Assembly: GCA_963765895.1 (NCBI GenBank)
Contig: CAVXZB010000019.1
Span: 160,001 to 224,000 of the forward strand
DNA length: 64,000 nucleotides
Reading direction: 5' to 3'
Source: an uncultured Nitrososphaeraceae archaeon
Lineage (GTDB): Archaea; Thermoproteota; Nitrososphaeria; Nitrososphaerales; Nitrososphaeraceae
A program made the translations under genes and the position numbers. The notes beneath the pieces were generated by a model. That model worked only from the letters and a program-made list of their open reading frames with translations. It was not told the DNA's origin and made no database searches. How positions within the stretch are numbered: position 1 is the first letter of the stretch; every line of letters begins with the position of its first letter. This document shows positions 1 to 10,284 of this stretch, piece by piece.

Positions 1-262
1 ATTTGGATTTAGGACACCCGAGCAACAACAATAGAATTTTATTATCATCAATGAAATATGTTAGAGGGAAGACGGTGCTTTAGGATTCAGTCCTAATATT
101 GAATTGTTGAAAAACCTACAAAATTGAGTTATGCAATAGTCAAGACAGCTTCTTTGTTCACAGCTATTCAATTTGGATGATACTAGTCCCCTCAGTTGGC
201 TGGTGGTAACTGAAATATGTAAATTATAAATTAGCCCTAAGTATTTATCAATCTGTAAATCT

Positions 263-604
263 ATGGGCGGAGCAAAAAAAAGACCAATCAGTTCAACCCA
301 GAACGATTCAAGCGGGACTCAAGGCGATGCTAACGCAGGGACTGGTAAACCAACTAAAAAGAGTGAATCAAAAAAGGGAAGTGGACAACAACAACAAAAA
401 CAAAAATTGTCTGTATTAGTTGAGGAGGCCAACGGGAGAAAGGCATTGGATAATATGAAAGCCATAACTGTGCATTCATTCGCTAGGATCGTTGGAGTAA
501 AGATTTCGGTTGCAAATGCGTATATTAGGTCACTTGAGTCTAAGAATGTCCTCATGTGCGTAGGTGGATATAGCGGTCACAGAGTTTATCAACTCAAAAA
601 ATAA
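263..604 (+). CDS. rps25e: 30S ribosomal protein S25e
   Basis: MGGAKK start, Lys-rich N-terminus, C-terminal winged-helix 'AITVHSFARIVGVKISVANAYIRSLESK...GHRVY' typical of archaeal S25e. Confidence 0.85.
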   Translation: MGGAKKRPISSTQNDSSGTQGDANAGTGKPTKKSESKKGSGQQQQKQKLSVLVEEANGRKALDNMKAITVHSFARIVGVKISVANAYIRSLESKNVLMCVGGYSGHRVYQLKK

Positions 605-715
605 CACTGACATAACACAAATGACTGTTATTGAATTAAGTGGGAGTAACAAGAACTGTAGATCTAAGAATCTTGCAAAATCCTTTTTAGATCTCTACAA
701 TGAATAACTTCTGCG

Positions 716-1108
716 CTAGGTCCTGCTTCTCATAATGATAACATCACCTGGTATGGCGGATCCAATCAATTCTATACCTTCTTTCAGTATGCCAACATGA
801 CTCATGGCCGATACGGTTGAATCCTTTAAGAAAAAACATAATGCACCATTGGACGTCATAAATCCAACATCGCCCGACTTAAATTTTGTTTTAGGTTTTT
901 CCGTGCCAATTTCTAAGCCGGTCTGGATATAAATGAAATGGTCCTTAAATCTATGCATTCTATCTTGAATTGGTAAGCCCTTGAGTATTTTGCTAACAGT
1001 CACTGGTGCTAAATGACGAATCATTTCACAATCTACGTTGCCTTTATTTACAAGTTCCACTGTGAGGGGTATTCTAGAGATTGATCTGCTTGAATTCGCT
1101 GAGCTCAT
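716..1108 (-). CDS. cyclophilin-like fold protein
   Basis: 'RHLAPVTVSKILKGLPI...G.EK.K..FK.GDVGF....GALCFF' matches the archaeal cyclophilin-like family. Confidence 0.7.
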   Translation of the reverse strand: MSSANSSRSISRIPLTVELVNKGNVDCEMIRHLAPVTVSKILKGLPIQDRMHRFKDHFIYIQTGLEIGTEKPKTKFKSGDVGFMTSNGALCFFLKDSTVSAMSHVGILKEGIELIGSAIPGDVIIMRSRT

Positions 1109-1211
1109 AAAATGAGTTGAGTATTCACATATTTAACAGAAACGTTTAATTTTGGGGACATTGTCACATTCGCAACATTTAATTAGATATGAATTATCCT
1201 TTGCTTTATTC

Positions 1212-1814
1212 TTGGTAGTTAAACAATCTTCGCCCGACAATGTTGCACACAAAAAATCTGCTAATAAGGAGAAATCGACCAAGAAATCCCATGGTAAAAC
1301 TAAATCTACTTCAGCTCAATCTGGAACTACCGAAAGCGCATTAGCGGAACATTCAGAGGACCTGACTAAAAAAAAACAACAGCGCTCAGGACAGAAAGAC
1401 CGTAGCGCGACTAGATCCAAAGGTAAATCCAAAGAGACCGTTTTAGAAGGTAAAATGGAGCAAGAAGATCAGGTAGGTTTTGATGCAGATACAAAGAAAA
1501 GTACTAGACCTGAGAACGAGGTCGTAACTTATACAGAACTTGATTTTGCGCTGAAAGAAATCCCTCCTCAAGATAACAAGGTCTTAATTGGCCCATTGAG
1601 ATTGACAAGGTTTGAAAAGGCAAGAATCACAGGAGCTAGATCCCTACAGTTATCATTGGGAGCACCCAGCCTTATATCTGTCTCTCCTGATATAAGGGAC
1701 TCTATATCGCTTGCTATAGCTGAAATCGATTCTAGGACACTGCCGATATCAATTCGTCGGATCTTGCCAAATGGACTGTATCAGGATATTCCGATTGACT
1801 GGATGAAACTGTGA
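1212..1814 (+). CDS. rpoK: DNA-directed RNA polymerase subunit Rpo6 (K) with long charged N-terminal extension
   Basis: 'LTRFEKARITGARSLQLSLGAP...LPISIRRILPNG' is the Rpo6/RPB6 signature; start uncertain (TTG 1212 chosen). Confidence 0.92.
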   Translation: MVVKQSSPDNVAHKKSANKEKSTKKSHGKTKSTSAQSGTTESALAEHSEDLTKKKQQRSGQKDRSATRSKGKSKETVLEGKMEQEDQVGFDADTKKSTRPENEVVTYTELDFALKEIPPQDNKVLIGPLRLTRFEKARITGARSLQLSLGAPSLISVSPDIRDSISLAIAEIDSRTLPISIRRILPNGLYQDIPIDWMKL

Positions 1815-1919
1815 GACGAATAGGGTCTGGACTATTCGACTAAATTACCTAAAATAAGATTAGGTACTCATTAATGAATGCGAATTCAGGATCTCTTGAT
1901 TACATGCAATTTTAGAAAT

Positions 1920-3185
1920 CTATTTTTCGAGAGAAAGTATAAAATTTTTTATTAATGAGGATGTGTTTCCAGTTCCAAATATCGGTTTCATATCCTCCGA
2001 AAGGTACTTACACGATACCTCAGAAGTGCCTTTATCTAATCTGGGTCTTAATGTAGACATTTTAGGCGTCCGTCGTAGTACTGAATTTACTATGCCCATT
2101 GGATTAACGCTTATTAGCTTATTCCATCCTTCCTTTACGGTTTCTACCCATTCAGTACTCTCTCGTATGGTAAAACAAGGCACTCCTAGAATATAGGCCT
2201 CCTTCTGAACTCCCCCCGAATCTGTTATAGTTTTGCTCGCATTTTGCAATAACTGAATAAAATCAATATATCCAACAGGATCAATAATCCGTAGATTTGA
2301 GCAATTTTCAAGTCTTTCGTACAAACCATTTTCTTTAAATTTTTTCTTTGTTCCCGGATGAATAGGATATATGACAAGCCTGTTGTGGTCTAAATGATTG
2401 CTAGAATAATATTTTTCAGATAGGATCTCAAAAGCCTCAATAATCGAGGTGAGGATTTTTGTGGAATGAGTATTCTCTGCCCTGTGCATTGTGAATAGTA
2501 TATAAGATTTTGGAATTAGACTTAACCTATCAAGAACCTTCGACTCTCTTATTGAAATCTGGAGAGCCTCATTTACCACCTCGACTGACAGATCTCCTGT
2601 AAATATTGACCTGCCGTACACGTGTTCTCTTTTTAGATTAGCAATGGCCGTCTCGGTGGAAGCAAAATGATATTCACTCAAATTGTCAGTTAGTATTCTA
2701 TTAATTTCTTCTGGCATGCGTCTATCAAAGCTCCTTAAGCCGGACTCGATATGTGCAACTTTTATACCTGAACTAACCGCAGAGAGTGCACCAGCAAAAG
2801 TCGAGTTTGTATCTCCGTATACCAGAACGAGATCAAATGGCGGTTTCCTATTCCTTTGCTTCGTAGACCGAAACTCATAACTGGTATCAAACGTACTACG
2901 AGTTAATCTATTGTATTTCCTATAATTTATTCTATAATTTAAGAAAATATCTTCCAATCTTTTAACCATTTCTCCTATTTGATATCCTGGTGGACCCGAT
3001 CCTACACCAAGTTCGAAATCTGGATCAGGAAGCCCGAATTCCTTAAAGAATATTTTTGATAAGCCAAAATCATAATGTTGACCGGTATGTATTATCTCAT
3101 GATCCACATGACCCTTCAGAGCCTTATAAATGGGCGCGACTTTAATAAAGTTCGGTCTTGCACCCACAACCGATGCGATTTTCAA
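1920..3185 (-). CDS. wecB: UDP-N-acetylglucosamine 2-epimerase (non-hydrolysing)
   Basis: GARPNFIK, HTGQHYD, GDTNST, HIESGLRSFD..MPEEINR and TDSGGVQKEAY motifs. Confidence 0.93.
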   Translation of the reverse strand: MKIASVVGARPNFIKVAPIYKALKGHVDHEIIHTGQHYDFGLSKIFFKEFGLPDPDFELGVGSGPPGYQIGEMVKRLEDIFLNYRINYRKYNRLTRSTFDTSYEFRSTKQRNRKPPFDLVLVYGDTNSTFAGALSAVSSGIKVAHIESGLRSFDRRMPEEINRILTDNLSEYHFASTETAIANLKREHVYGRSIFTGDLSVEVVNEALQISIRESKVLDRLSLIPKSYILFTMHRAENTHSTKILTSIIEAFEILSEKYYSSNHLDHNRLVIYPIHPGTKKKFKENGLYERLENCSNLRIIDPVGYIDFIQLLQNASKTITDSGGVQKEAYILGVPCFTIRESTEWVETVKEGWNKLISVNPMGIVNSVLRRTPKMSTLRPRLDKGTSEVSCKYLSEDMKPIFGTGNTSSLIKNFILSLEK

Positions 3186-3479
3186 GAAATGGATCAACCT
3201 ATCCAATTAAATATATTCTTTAATAGTCCTCTTTCTCCAATAGGATTGGAGTCAGAATTGCATAGGACTTCTCCTAGTTTAATCATAGAGATATCTCAAT
3301 TTCCTATTTCACCATATATAGTTCTGGGCTATGCACACTCTGCGTCTAATTTTAATGTGACAATCTCTATCACACGTGCGACGGTATCCTAGGCATGCGC
3401 GGAATCAAAAGACTATTCGACTTATTCATCACTAATCATCTATCCAATTCTGGTTCGATGTATAGTTGATTTTCATATA

Positions 3480-3528
3480 AGATTTATCAGATTAAACTGG
3501 GTGCATTAATCCTCTTAACGCAAATAAA
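3480..3528 (+). promoter_or_regulatory. conserved 49-bp upstream motif of the secreted CGNG-x6-CQ peptide family (copy 1)
   Basis: AGATTTATCAGATT-N9-GCATTAAT-CCTCT-TAACGCAAATAAA aligns without gaps to the motifs upstream of four paralogs. Confidence 0.75.
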
Positions 3529-3556
3529 TTATTAATTCACCTTGTACACAAGAATC

Positions 3557-3796
3557 ATGAATAACAAAACTATGGCAATTGTGGCGATCGCCGCAGTAGC
3601 AGCTATGTTAATCGCAACATCGATGATTGCAACTGACAGTGCACTTGCAAAAAAATACAAGAAGACACAAACGGCAGCTCAGGCAAACGCTTGTGGTAAT
3701 GGAAAATTAGCGATGAAGATCTTCTGTCAGGCAGTCAGTTCTCAATTACAGGGCAACGACAACGCTGTTAACGTAATAGGCGTACAGCCTTCGTAG
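3557..3796 (+). CDS. small secreted Cys-pair peptide, CGNG-x6-CQ family, copy 1
   Basis: MNNK + hydrophobic signal + ALA cleavage site; QANACGNG-x6-FCQ..SQLQG.DN core shared with four paralogs. Confidence 0.85.
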   Translation: MNNKTMAIVAIAAVAAMLIATSMIATDSALAKKYKKTQTAAQANACGNGKLAMKIFCQAVSSQLQGNDNAVNVIGVQPS

Positions 3797-4119
3797 TCCC
3801 CCATACACATTTTTTTCGATGGTTTCGTTTTAAACCAGCTTGTAGTTTCTCACTCTCTGTCAATAGAATATCGCATAATTGGTATCGTTTACGTTCATTA
3901 GTACTGTCATGACCGATGCAAGAACGTAAACTCGACAAAATCCTTTTCGAGACAGAGACCTAAGTGGAGTATAGAATTGTACATGACAATATCGTATTGC
4001 CAGTCATTCGATAATTTAACATACAGGAGCTACCAACATGAGAAGACAATACGACGTTGTGCAATATGTTAATTCATATTCCTATTGATTATTTGATAAC
4101 AGGGATATATGATCTATTG

Positions 4120-4923
4120 ATGAAGGTAAGAACAGTTCCGATCTATCCTGAGCCGGCCCTTCTGTTAATTAACGAGCAGAATGGACTTTCAGCCAAGAGG
4201 TATATTGTGGTTTCGGATCTACATTTAGGATTCGAAAATACACTAGATACACGTGGAATATTTATTGACTCGAATCTATATCTAACCGAGACAATAAATG
4301 AGTTGGTGCGTTTAATTCATTCTTATAAACCCGAGGCAGTTATACTGTTAGGAGATCTAAAGAGCACTGTCGGCCACATAAATAAGGATGAATGGAAAAA
4401 TGTACCATATTTTCTGGATGTGATTTCAAGATATATCGACATTTATTTTATTCCTGGAAATCATGATGCCAATATAAGACTCTTGATACCAGATTACGTC
4501 AATGTTTTCAGCATGAATGGAATGCTTTTAAATGATACTCTTCTGTTGCACGGACATACTATGCCATCGAACGCTAGGTTGTCGACAGTCAAAAGAATCA
4601 TAATGGGCCATATCCATCCTGTTTTTCTGAAAGAAGGCAGTGTTCTGAGTGGTCAGAGGGTTTGGCTGTATTTCAAGGCAAAAAAATGGGCTTTAAGCCC
4701 TATGAACATGACTAGTGTATCTCAAGACAACGAATTAGTTGAGATCGTAGTGATTCCAGCCTTCAACAGGTACCTTTACGCATTATCCAAGAAGCAATTC
4801 AAAAAATCCATCTCACCCATCATAAATAGAATCCTTCTGAAAAATGCAGTCGAAGAGGCATACATAACTACTCTTGATGGCTCTCTAATCGGCGATATTA
4901 ATTCCTTGCACAATGTTGTTTGA
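4120..4923 (+). CDS. calcineurin-like metallophosphoesterase
   Basis: SDLHLG, LLGDL, PGNHD, HGH and GHIHP metallophosphoesterase motifs. Confidence 0.88.
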   Translation: MKVRTVPIYPEPALLLINEQNGLSAKRYIVVSDLHLGFENTLDTRGIFIDSNLYLTETINELVRLIHSYKPEAVILLGDLKSTVGHINKDEWKNVPYFLDVISRYIDIYFIPGNHDANIRLLIPDYVNVFSMNGMLLNDTLLLHGHTMPSNARLSTVKRIIMGHIHPVFLKEGSVLSGQRVWLYFKAKKWALSPMNMTSVSQDNELVEIVVIPAFNRYLYALSKKQFKKSISPIINRILLKNAVEEAYITTLDGSLIGDINSLHNVV

Positions 4924-5008
4924 ATCTGCCTATTCCTATTTTTATTTCTGATTTGCCGACTCGCAGCTATGTCGTTCATATTCTGATTTCGAAATATTAG
5001 AAGTCAAA

Positions 5009-5218
5009 TTAAGCGGGGTTTGACCTTTTACCCTGATATGAGTGAGCCTGTCGAATGTGGTGTCTCATTTGTTCCATACCTTCAAAACATTTCTTACATT
5101 CTCTGCATTCGTATGCATTTTGATCACAATGAACTAGTTGAACGTGTTGCATGAGCTCTTCAATTCCTCTAAAGTGTTGTTTGCAATTATAACATTTGTG
5201 TTTTTTAAATGGATTCAA
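5009..5218 (-). CDS. tandem C2H2 zinc-finger protein
   Basis: two CxxC-x12-HxxxxH units (CYNC..HVQLVH; CREC..HIRQAH). Confidence 0.8.
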   Translation of the reverse strand: MNPFKKHKCYNCKQHFRGIEELMQHVQLVHCDQNAYECRECKKCFEGMEQMRHHIRQAHSYQGKRSNPA

Positions 5219-5667
5219 GTAACTTTCACTTTTTGATTGCAGTTATCCCAGCAGGTTCTGCAAAGTTGACCTGCTATCTTCCATTTGGGTTTTGGATTGT
5301 AACGAAAAAAGCTAAGTTTTTTTTGACATACTGCACAGAAATTTATCTTTTTTTCAAACTCAATTCTTTTATTTTCATAACATTCTTCACATAGAACACT
5401 TCCTGTACCCATCTCCCATTGCCATTTCGGTTTATTCTTGTCTGCTTCTTCAAGTTCCTTAGCACATATTGAACACCTATCTCTCGCTTCTTGAAGTCTT
5501 TTCTTTTCCTCTTGCTTCTTGAGAACTTGCTCTTTAGTCTTGTCTATATGGCAATCAGCGCATAGAAGGCCTTCTATACCCGAATCATCCGGGGGCTTGT
5601 ATTTATGTTTCATCACCTTACCGCAATTTGCACAATGGAGAATTTTTTTTCTACCGAAAAGCTCCAA
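5215..5667 (-). CDS. protein with three repeated CxxC...LCxxC zinc-binding modules
   Basis: CANC/CADC, CSIC/CEEC and CAVC/CRTC pairs with a recurring 'KP..W...G.LC' spacer; 4-nt overlap with the C2H2 gene. Confidence 0.75.
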   Translation of the reverse strand: MELFGRKKILHCANCGKVMKHKYKPPDDSGIEGLLCADCHIDKTKEQVLKKQEEKKRLQEARDRCSICAKELEEADKNKPKWQWEMGTGSVLCEECYENKRIEFEKKINFCAVCQKKLSFFRYNPKPKWKIAGQLCRTCWDNCNQKVKVT

Positions 5668-6206
5668 CTGAATATATTATGATGCACCCATAGAAAAATC
5701 TTTAAGCCAATGTCGTATCATCAGGAATAAATTCTCAGGCAAAACGATGACTGTTTTTTGTGAATAGCATTTGAAAATGCTTTCCGACTATTTCAGAGGT
5801 AATGGACTGGTCTAGATATAATGTTCATGCTTAACTGGAATCTGTCTAAATTGTTTATACAATTAGTATATCTTGTCATTTGCATAACCTTCGGAGTTTA
5901 TTAAAACAAAATATTGTGAAAATGATATCATGCATGAAAAATTGCTTTTGCGGATACCTATTTTGGATAGGTGAGTCAATGTTGAACATTGTCTCAGTGA
6001 GAATTTAGTTGGCCCGTAGGAAAGCATTCACAATAGCAATAGGCTTGAATCAACCTTTGATCCAGTACTTAATATCTTTGAAATAGGATACGTCTCTTCT
6101 ATCGAGACCTTGTATGATGATTTAAACGAATTTAAATAATAGGAAAAGAAAAAAATAGGACAATGAAACGAACTATATTGCCTTGATCTCTTAGTTAGTT
6201 TAGTTC

Positions 6207-6453
6207 TTATTGTGAAACGGTTAGATTGGCCAAATTGCCTCTACCTTGAATTTGTGATGCTGCATTTTGGCAGTCAATCTTTGATGGCAATTTACCGTTA
6301 CCGCAATTGTTTTCTTGTGCTAACGTTTGAGTTGTTCTCTTCTTGTAATGTCCACCTGCAAATGCGTTGCTTGGATTCATGGCCGATGTCGTGACTAACA
6401 ATGCTGCAACTATTGCTATAGGCAGCGATTGCGAAACCAGTTTTGTTGTTCAT
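6207..6453 (-). CDS. small secreted Cys-pair peptide, copy 2 (one extra base at ~6421, probably a sequencing error)
   Basis: 5' part identical to copy 3 except an extra G at 6421; corrected product MNNKTGFAIAAIAIVAALLVTTSAMNPSNAFA-GGHYKKRTTQTLAQENNCGNGKLPSKIDCQNAASQIQGRGNLANLTVSQ. Confidence 0.8.
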
Positions 6454-6487
6454 ATTATATTTCTCTATTAACACAATATTGCGATAG

Positions 6488-6536
6488 TTTATCTGCATTA
6501 GGAGAAATATTGCTACGAGTTAAATCAGATTTATCT
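6488..6536 (-). promoter_or_regulatory. conserved 49-bp upstream motif (copy 2)
   Basis: reverse complement AGATAAATCTGATT-TAACTCGTA-GCAATATT-TCTCC-TAATGCAGATAAA. Confidence 0.75.
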
Positions 6537-7191
6537 TCTCGAACACTCACTGCTCGAATCGGTCATGATATCAATGCATCATGATGGGTCGGTTCATGGG
6601 TTATGATGCACGATAACTCCAATACGTGATAAAATGTCAATCCTTTATGGCTGCTGGGATTGAATACATACGATCATACTTAGCTGATCCTGCACAAATT
6701 TTAATTGTCCTTAATGTCTATGGCCCTAATTTCTTCATGAAAGCAAAATGTTTACGTTACCAAACAGGAAATTTTCAGGCCAAATTGCCAGTTCGCGTCG
6801 AATTGCACGGGAAGCTGCATAGGATAATTTTCGCAACTTGCTTAACGTTAGATCATAGATTCTACCTACAGCCTTCCAAATTTTCGACTGATCGAAGATA
6901 CTATGAATAACAAATATAAGTAGTGATCAAAGGTGGTAATTGCCCATGCAGACTCGTTTGCGAATCATACTCTGTAGTCGGTTACGATTTGTTCCTTTAC
7001 TGACAGTTATCTGACTAATCCATTTGTCATAGACTTGGTCTAGACAATTGAAACGATATACAGATATCTGACATAAATTCTGTGAACTCTCTTATCAAGT
7101 GAAGCGAATTTAAAGATCACAAATTCTTGACATAAGAAATGTGAGTGGGGATTAAAATTCAAGAATATGCTAAATGGACTGTGAGAGAATT

Positions 7192-7250
7192 ATGAACAAC
7201 AAACTACTACATCACTTAGCAGCCATGCAGCAGCAGTATAATCACAGTCC
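7192..7250 (+). pseudogene. possible relic 5' end of another peptide-family copy
   Basis: ATGAACAACAAACTA... followed by GCAGCC/GCAGCAGTA resembles the MNNKT..AA..AAV signal start; no Cys core follows. Confidence 0.3.
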
Positions 7251-7420
7251 AATTCTTACACTATTCTTGATCTGTAACCCCACACTGCTGCATGAATAAA
7301 CGTGATAGAATAAAAACATTTTTAAAGAATTTTACCTCATCAAAATATACTAAAATAATATACAGTATGAGCACATGCTTATGCAATTCATCCTCCTTAT
7401 GTCTGCTAGACTACTATGGA

Positions 7421-7469
7421 AGATAAATCTGATTTAACTCGTAGCAATATTTCTCCTAATGCAGATAAA
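7421..7469 (+). promoter_or_regulatory. conserved 49-bp upstream motif (copy 3)
   Basis: AGATAAATCTGATT-TAACTCGTA-GCAATATT-TCTCC-TAATGCAGATAAA, 34 nt before the ATG. Confidence 0.75.
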
Positions 7470-7503
7470 CTATCGCAATATTGTGTTAATAGAGAAATAT
7501 AAT

Positions 7504-7918
7504 ATGAACAACAAAACTGGTTTCGCAATCGCTGCTATAGCAATAGTTGCAGCATTGTTAGTCACGACATCGGCCATGAATCCAAGCAACGCATTTGCAG
7601 GTGGACATTACAAGAAGAGTACAACTCAGACATTGTTACAACAAAACAATTGTGGTAACGGTACAATGCCACTTAATGTTGACTGCCAAAATGCAGCATC
7701 ACAAATTCAAGGTAGAGGTAATTCGGCTGCAGTAGCGGCTTCACAAGGAGCTGCTGATGGCGAGTCACGGTGGCGATCACGATGGCGGTCACGATGGCGG
7801 TCACGATGGCGGTGACGATGGCGGTCACGATGGCGGTCACGATGGCAGGGGCAACAGCGCTAACGGCGGTAACGGCGGCGACGCTAACAGTGGCGGCATG
7901 AAGGCTGAAGTAAAGTAA
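7504..7918 (+). CDS. small secreted Cys-pair peptide, copy 3, with (GGHD)n tail; frameshift at ~7763
   Basis: core NNCGNGTMPLNVDCQNAASQIQGRGN; removing one base near 7763 gives ...HGGDHDGGHDGGHDGGDDGGHDGGHDGRGNSANGGNGGDANSGGMKAEVK* ending at 7918. Confidence 0.75.
7757..7846 (+). repeat. 12-bp tandem repeat (GATGGCGGTCAC) x ~7
   Basis: directly visible; encodes DGGH in the corrected frame. Confidence 0.9.
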
Positions 7919-8801
7919 GCACGGACTGAGTAAAGAATCAAAAATAACAACTAACGACAAAACCTTTTCTTTCTTTTTTTAACAAATCTGTCAACAACGA
8001 TTCTTTTGGTATAAGCGTAATAACGACCTTCCTAGCCTTCAAATAAGACCATAATTGTTGCAGAAAACATTTTTTATTGCAATACTGTACTATGCAATAC
8101 TAAACATATCAACAATACTATTAGAATAAATAATTAATGCTATGTCAAAGAAAAAATATTATGATGTATTTTCCTGATGTCTAATGAAAAATTCATTGAG
8201 ACTCTAATAAGAATCCCGAAAGCGTATTGCAATGCATTACATACTAACAAATAATCAAAAATATATTCCTAAAAGACGTAAATAGTTACTTGAGAACAAT
8301 GAAGAGCTGAATGTCACATCATATTTCTACAAATTTACAATAATAGTGACTTAACATTTACTTAATATTAGCACGACCGCTAATTATCTGAGCTTCTCGG
8401 TGACTCTGCCCATTTCTTCCACAACCTTTTAGGGTATCTGAGATATCCATAACTTGGTTACGATTGGAGCATCAGATTATTCAGGTGTTCGAAAATGTTA
8501 GCCTGTATTCAGCTGTAAACCCAATTCTGATTACATTATATTATTAAATTAGTCTCGTAGTTATAGTCTACACCAGATTCCGGGTATCAAATAATTGTAT
8601 CTACAAGCTCGTCATACTAAAGTTAATGCCGGTAACTTCAGAGAACATTAACATTTATTATTTTCACACTACGCCAAGCATAACTGCAGCAGGATCACGC
8701 CAGACAAAAAGGAAAAGTTTTCCTATACTCGTTAATTATTGAAAACTCATATAACTGGAATTCTGTTCAAACAGCAACTGATTAGTCTTGAGCACAGGAA
8801 T

Positions 8802-9020
8802 TCATCTTCCTCTATTACTTATTAATACTAGATTTTCTACGTCGTTTGGATTTAGATAGATTTCTCCCTTTATCGATTCCTTAATTCCGATTATTGGTTC
8901 CCTACATTCAGGACAGATTTGATAGTAAACAAAGATAGTGTTATTTCTTGCATTTTTTCCCACAATAGAGTTATTCATATGAGGATGAAATTTGTTCTGA
9001 CACGTAGGGCAAGTTAACAT
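8802..9020 (-). CDS. small zinc-ribbon protein
   Basis: CPTC ... CPEC pairs in 72 aa; TATA-like sequence upstream. Confidence 0.7.
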   Translation of the reverse strand: MLTCPTCQNKFHPHMNNSIVGKNARNNTIFVYYQICPECREPIIGIKESIKGEIYLNPNDVENLVLISNRGR

Positions 9021-9317
9021 AGTTTTTATCTATAAGAACAAGCTCAGATAATTATATCTTTTCGTGAGTAACTCAGACCGATGCAGTATTTAGTTTAAAT
9101 TACTTACCCCTCATTGGTCGTACATCTTGTTACTAGTTACTATACCACTGATAATCGCTTGATTGAATCTCTCAATTCCGAACATTCACATAATAGTAGA
9201 TATTAATCTTGGTAGAGTTACCCTTATAATTATATGAATTTCTGCAAAAATCCTTTTAATATTACTAATTTATTGCAAAAGCAATCATTTCCAGTTTCCA
9301 GTTTTATTTTCTAGATT

Positions 9318-10262
9318 CTATTTATATAATGTTTTTAAATCTTGTTCTTGCAATAGAATTTGTGACCTCTTCATACTTTTATCTGTACAGATATTGTATG
9401 TATTTACAAATAATTCTGCAAGATCTGCTTTATTCTTATTCTTACTTATAATTTCAACGCGCTTTTCAAATATCGTGGAAAGAATATTATTGTATCTACA
9501 AGATCGTTGGATATTGTGATTCCATGACATTATAACCAAGACATTTTGTAATATTTTCGTTTCCATTAACGAATGTTTAATTTCTCTTAGTAGATGTTCT
9601 GCTTCTCTACTATTTAATCGTGGTTCACACAAAAACATTTCCAAAAAATTTGAAATTATCACCACCTTGGAATTATAAGATTGAATTATTCGTGGTATTT
9701 GGGTAATGATCAAATCTATCAATTGATAAACTGTGAATGCCCTGCTTACAATTATGTGCTGTAATATTCTTTTAATATCTAATCCATATTGTCTTGCAAA
9801 GTTTACAAATAGATAAAAATCCAGACTATTTCCTGCATCTATAATTACAATGTTAGGTGAATTAAATCCTCCTATTCTTTTTGGCATTAAAGCACGAACA
9901 CACAATCTTGTAACAATCATATTTGTATATTTTTTATTGCCAATTATACATACTCTATCTCCATTTGAGAAATTTACAAGATTATCTAATTTTTCAATAC
10001 CACAAGATAATGCATCTGTCTTGTAATTTAATTCATAAGCAGTTCTAAATTTAGGTAATGGCTCTTGTCGCTGCGGCGATTGTGAGAATAAATGTATCCT
10101 TTTATCATAATTCCTTTTAATAAGAGTATTTGAAAGTAAAGATCTACATATAGGGCATTCCTCCTTATTAGACCATAAGTTACTAATAGATGTGTCTAGT
10201 TCCTTTAGAATGGTGCCACATTCTTTGCACAAATATTGTAGTATATTTTGATTAAACATCAA
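9318..10262 (-). CDS. zinc-ribbon plus degenerate RecA/RadA-fold protein
   Basis: N-terminal CKEC/CPIC; 'LSCGIEKLDNL', 'VIIDAGNSLD', 'ILQHIIVSRAFTVYQL' are RadA-like; Walker A is degenerate (GNKKYT). Confidence 0.7.
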   Translation of the reverse strand: MMFNQNILQYLCKECGTILKELDTSISNLWSNKEECPICRSLLSNTLIKRNYDKRIHLFSQSPQRQEPLPKFRTAYELNYKTDALSCGIEKLDNLVNFSNGDRVCIIGNKKYTNMIVTRLCVRALMPKRIGGFNSPNIVIIDAGNSLDFYLFVNFARQYGLDIKRILQHIIVSRAFTVYQLIDLIITQIPRIIQSYNSKVVIISNFLEMFLCEPRLNSREAEHLLREIKHSLMETKILQNVLVIMSWNHNIQRSCRYNNILSTIFEKRVEIISKNKNKADLAELFVNTYNICTDKSMKRSQILLQEQDLKTLYK

Positions 10263-10264
10263 TG

Positions 10265-10284
10265 GTACGGTAAGAGTACGGTAA
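10265..10284 (-). promoter_or_regulatory. direct repeat GTACGGTAA x2 (11-bp period), putative operator
   Basis: lies between a TATA-like TTATAAG (10290-10296, minus) and the start of the RecA-like gene. Confidence 0.45.

Larger units (their letters stand above)
6233..7723. repeat. ~305-bp inverted duplication (6233-6538 vs 7419-7723) flanking an ~880-bp spacer
   Basis: reverse complement of ~6339-6538 equals 7419-7619 apart from one indel; similarity continues through the coding core. Confidence 0.9.

Noticed and set aside
6421-6422. Programmed frameshift or phase variation shared by peptide copies 2 and 4
   Set aside because: The same extra base in the same GCAGC context also breaks unrelated nadX, and there is no slippery run; a motif-linked basecalling error is more likely.
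7673-7960. ORF with (AIVT)n, and the RWRS reading of ORF 7459-7815
   Set aside because: Shadow frames of the GGHD-coding 12-bp repeat.
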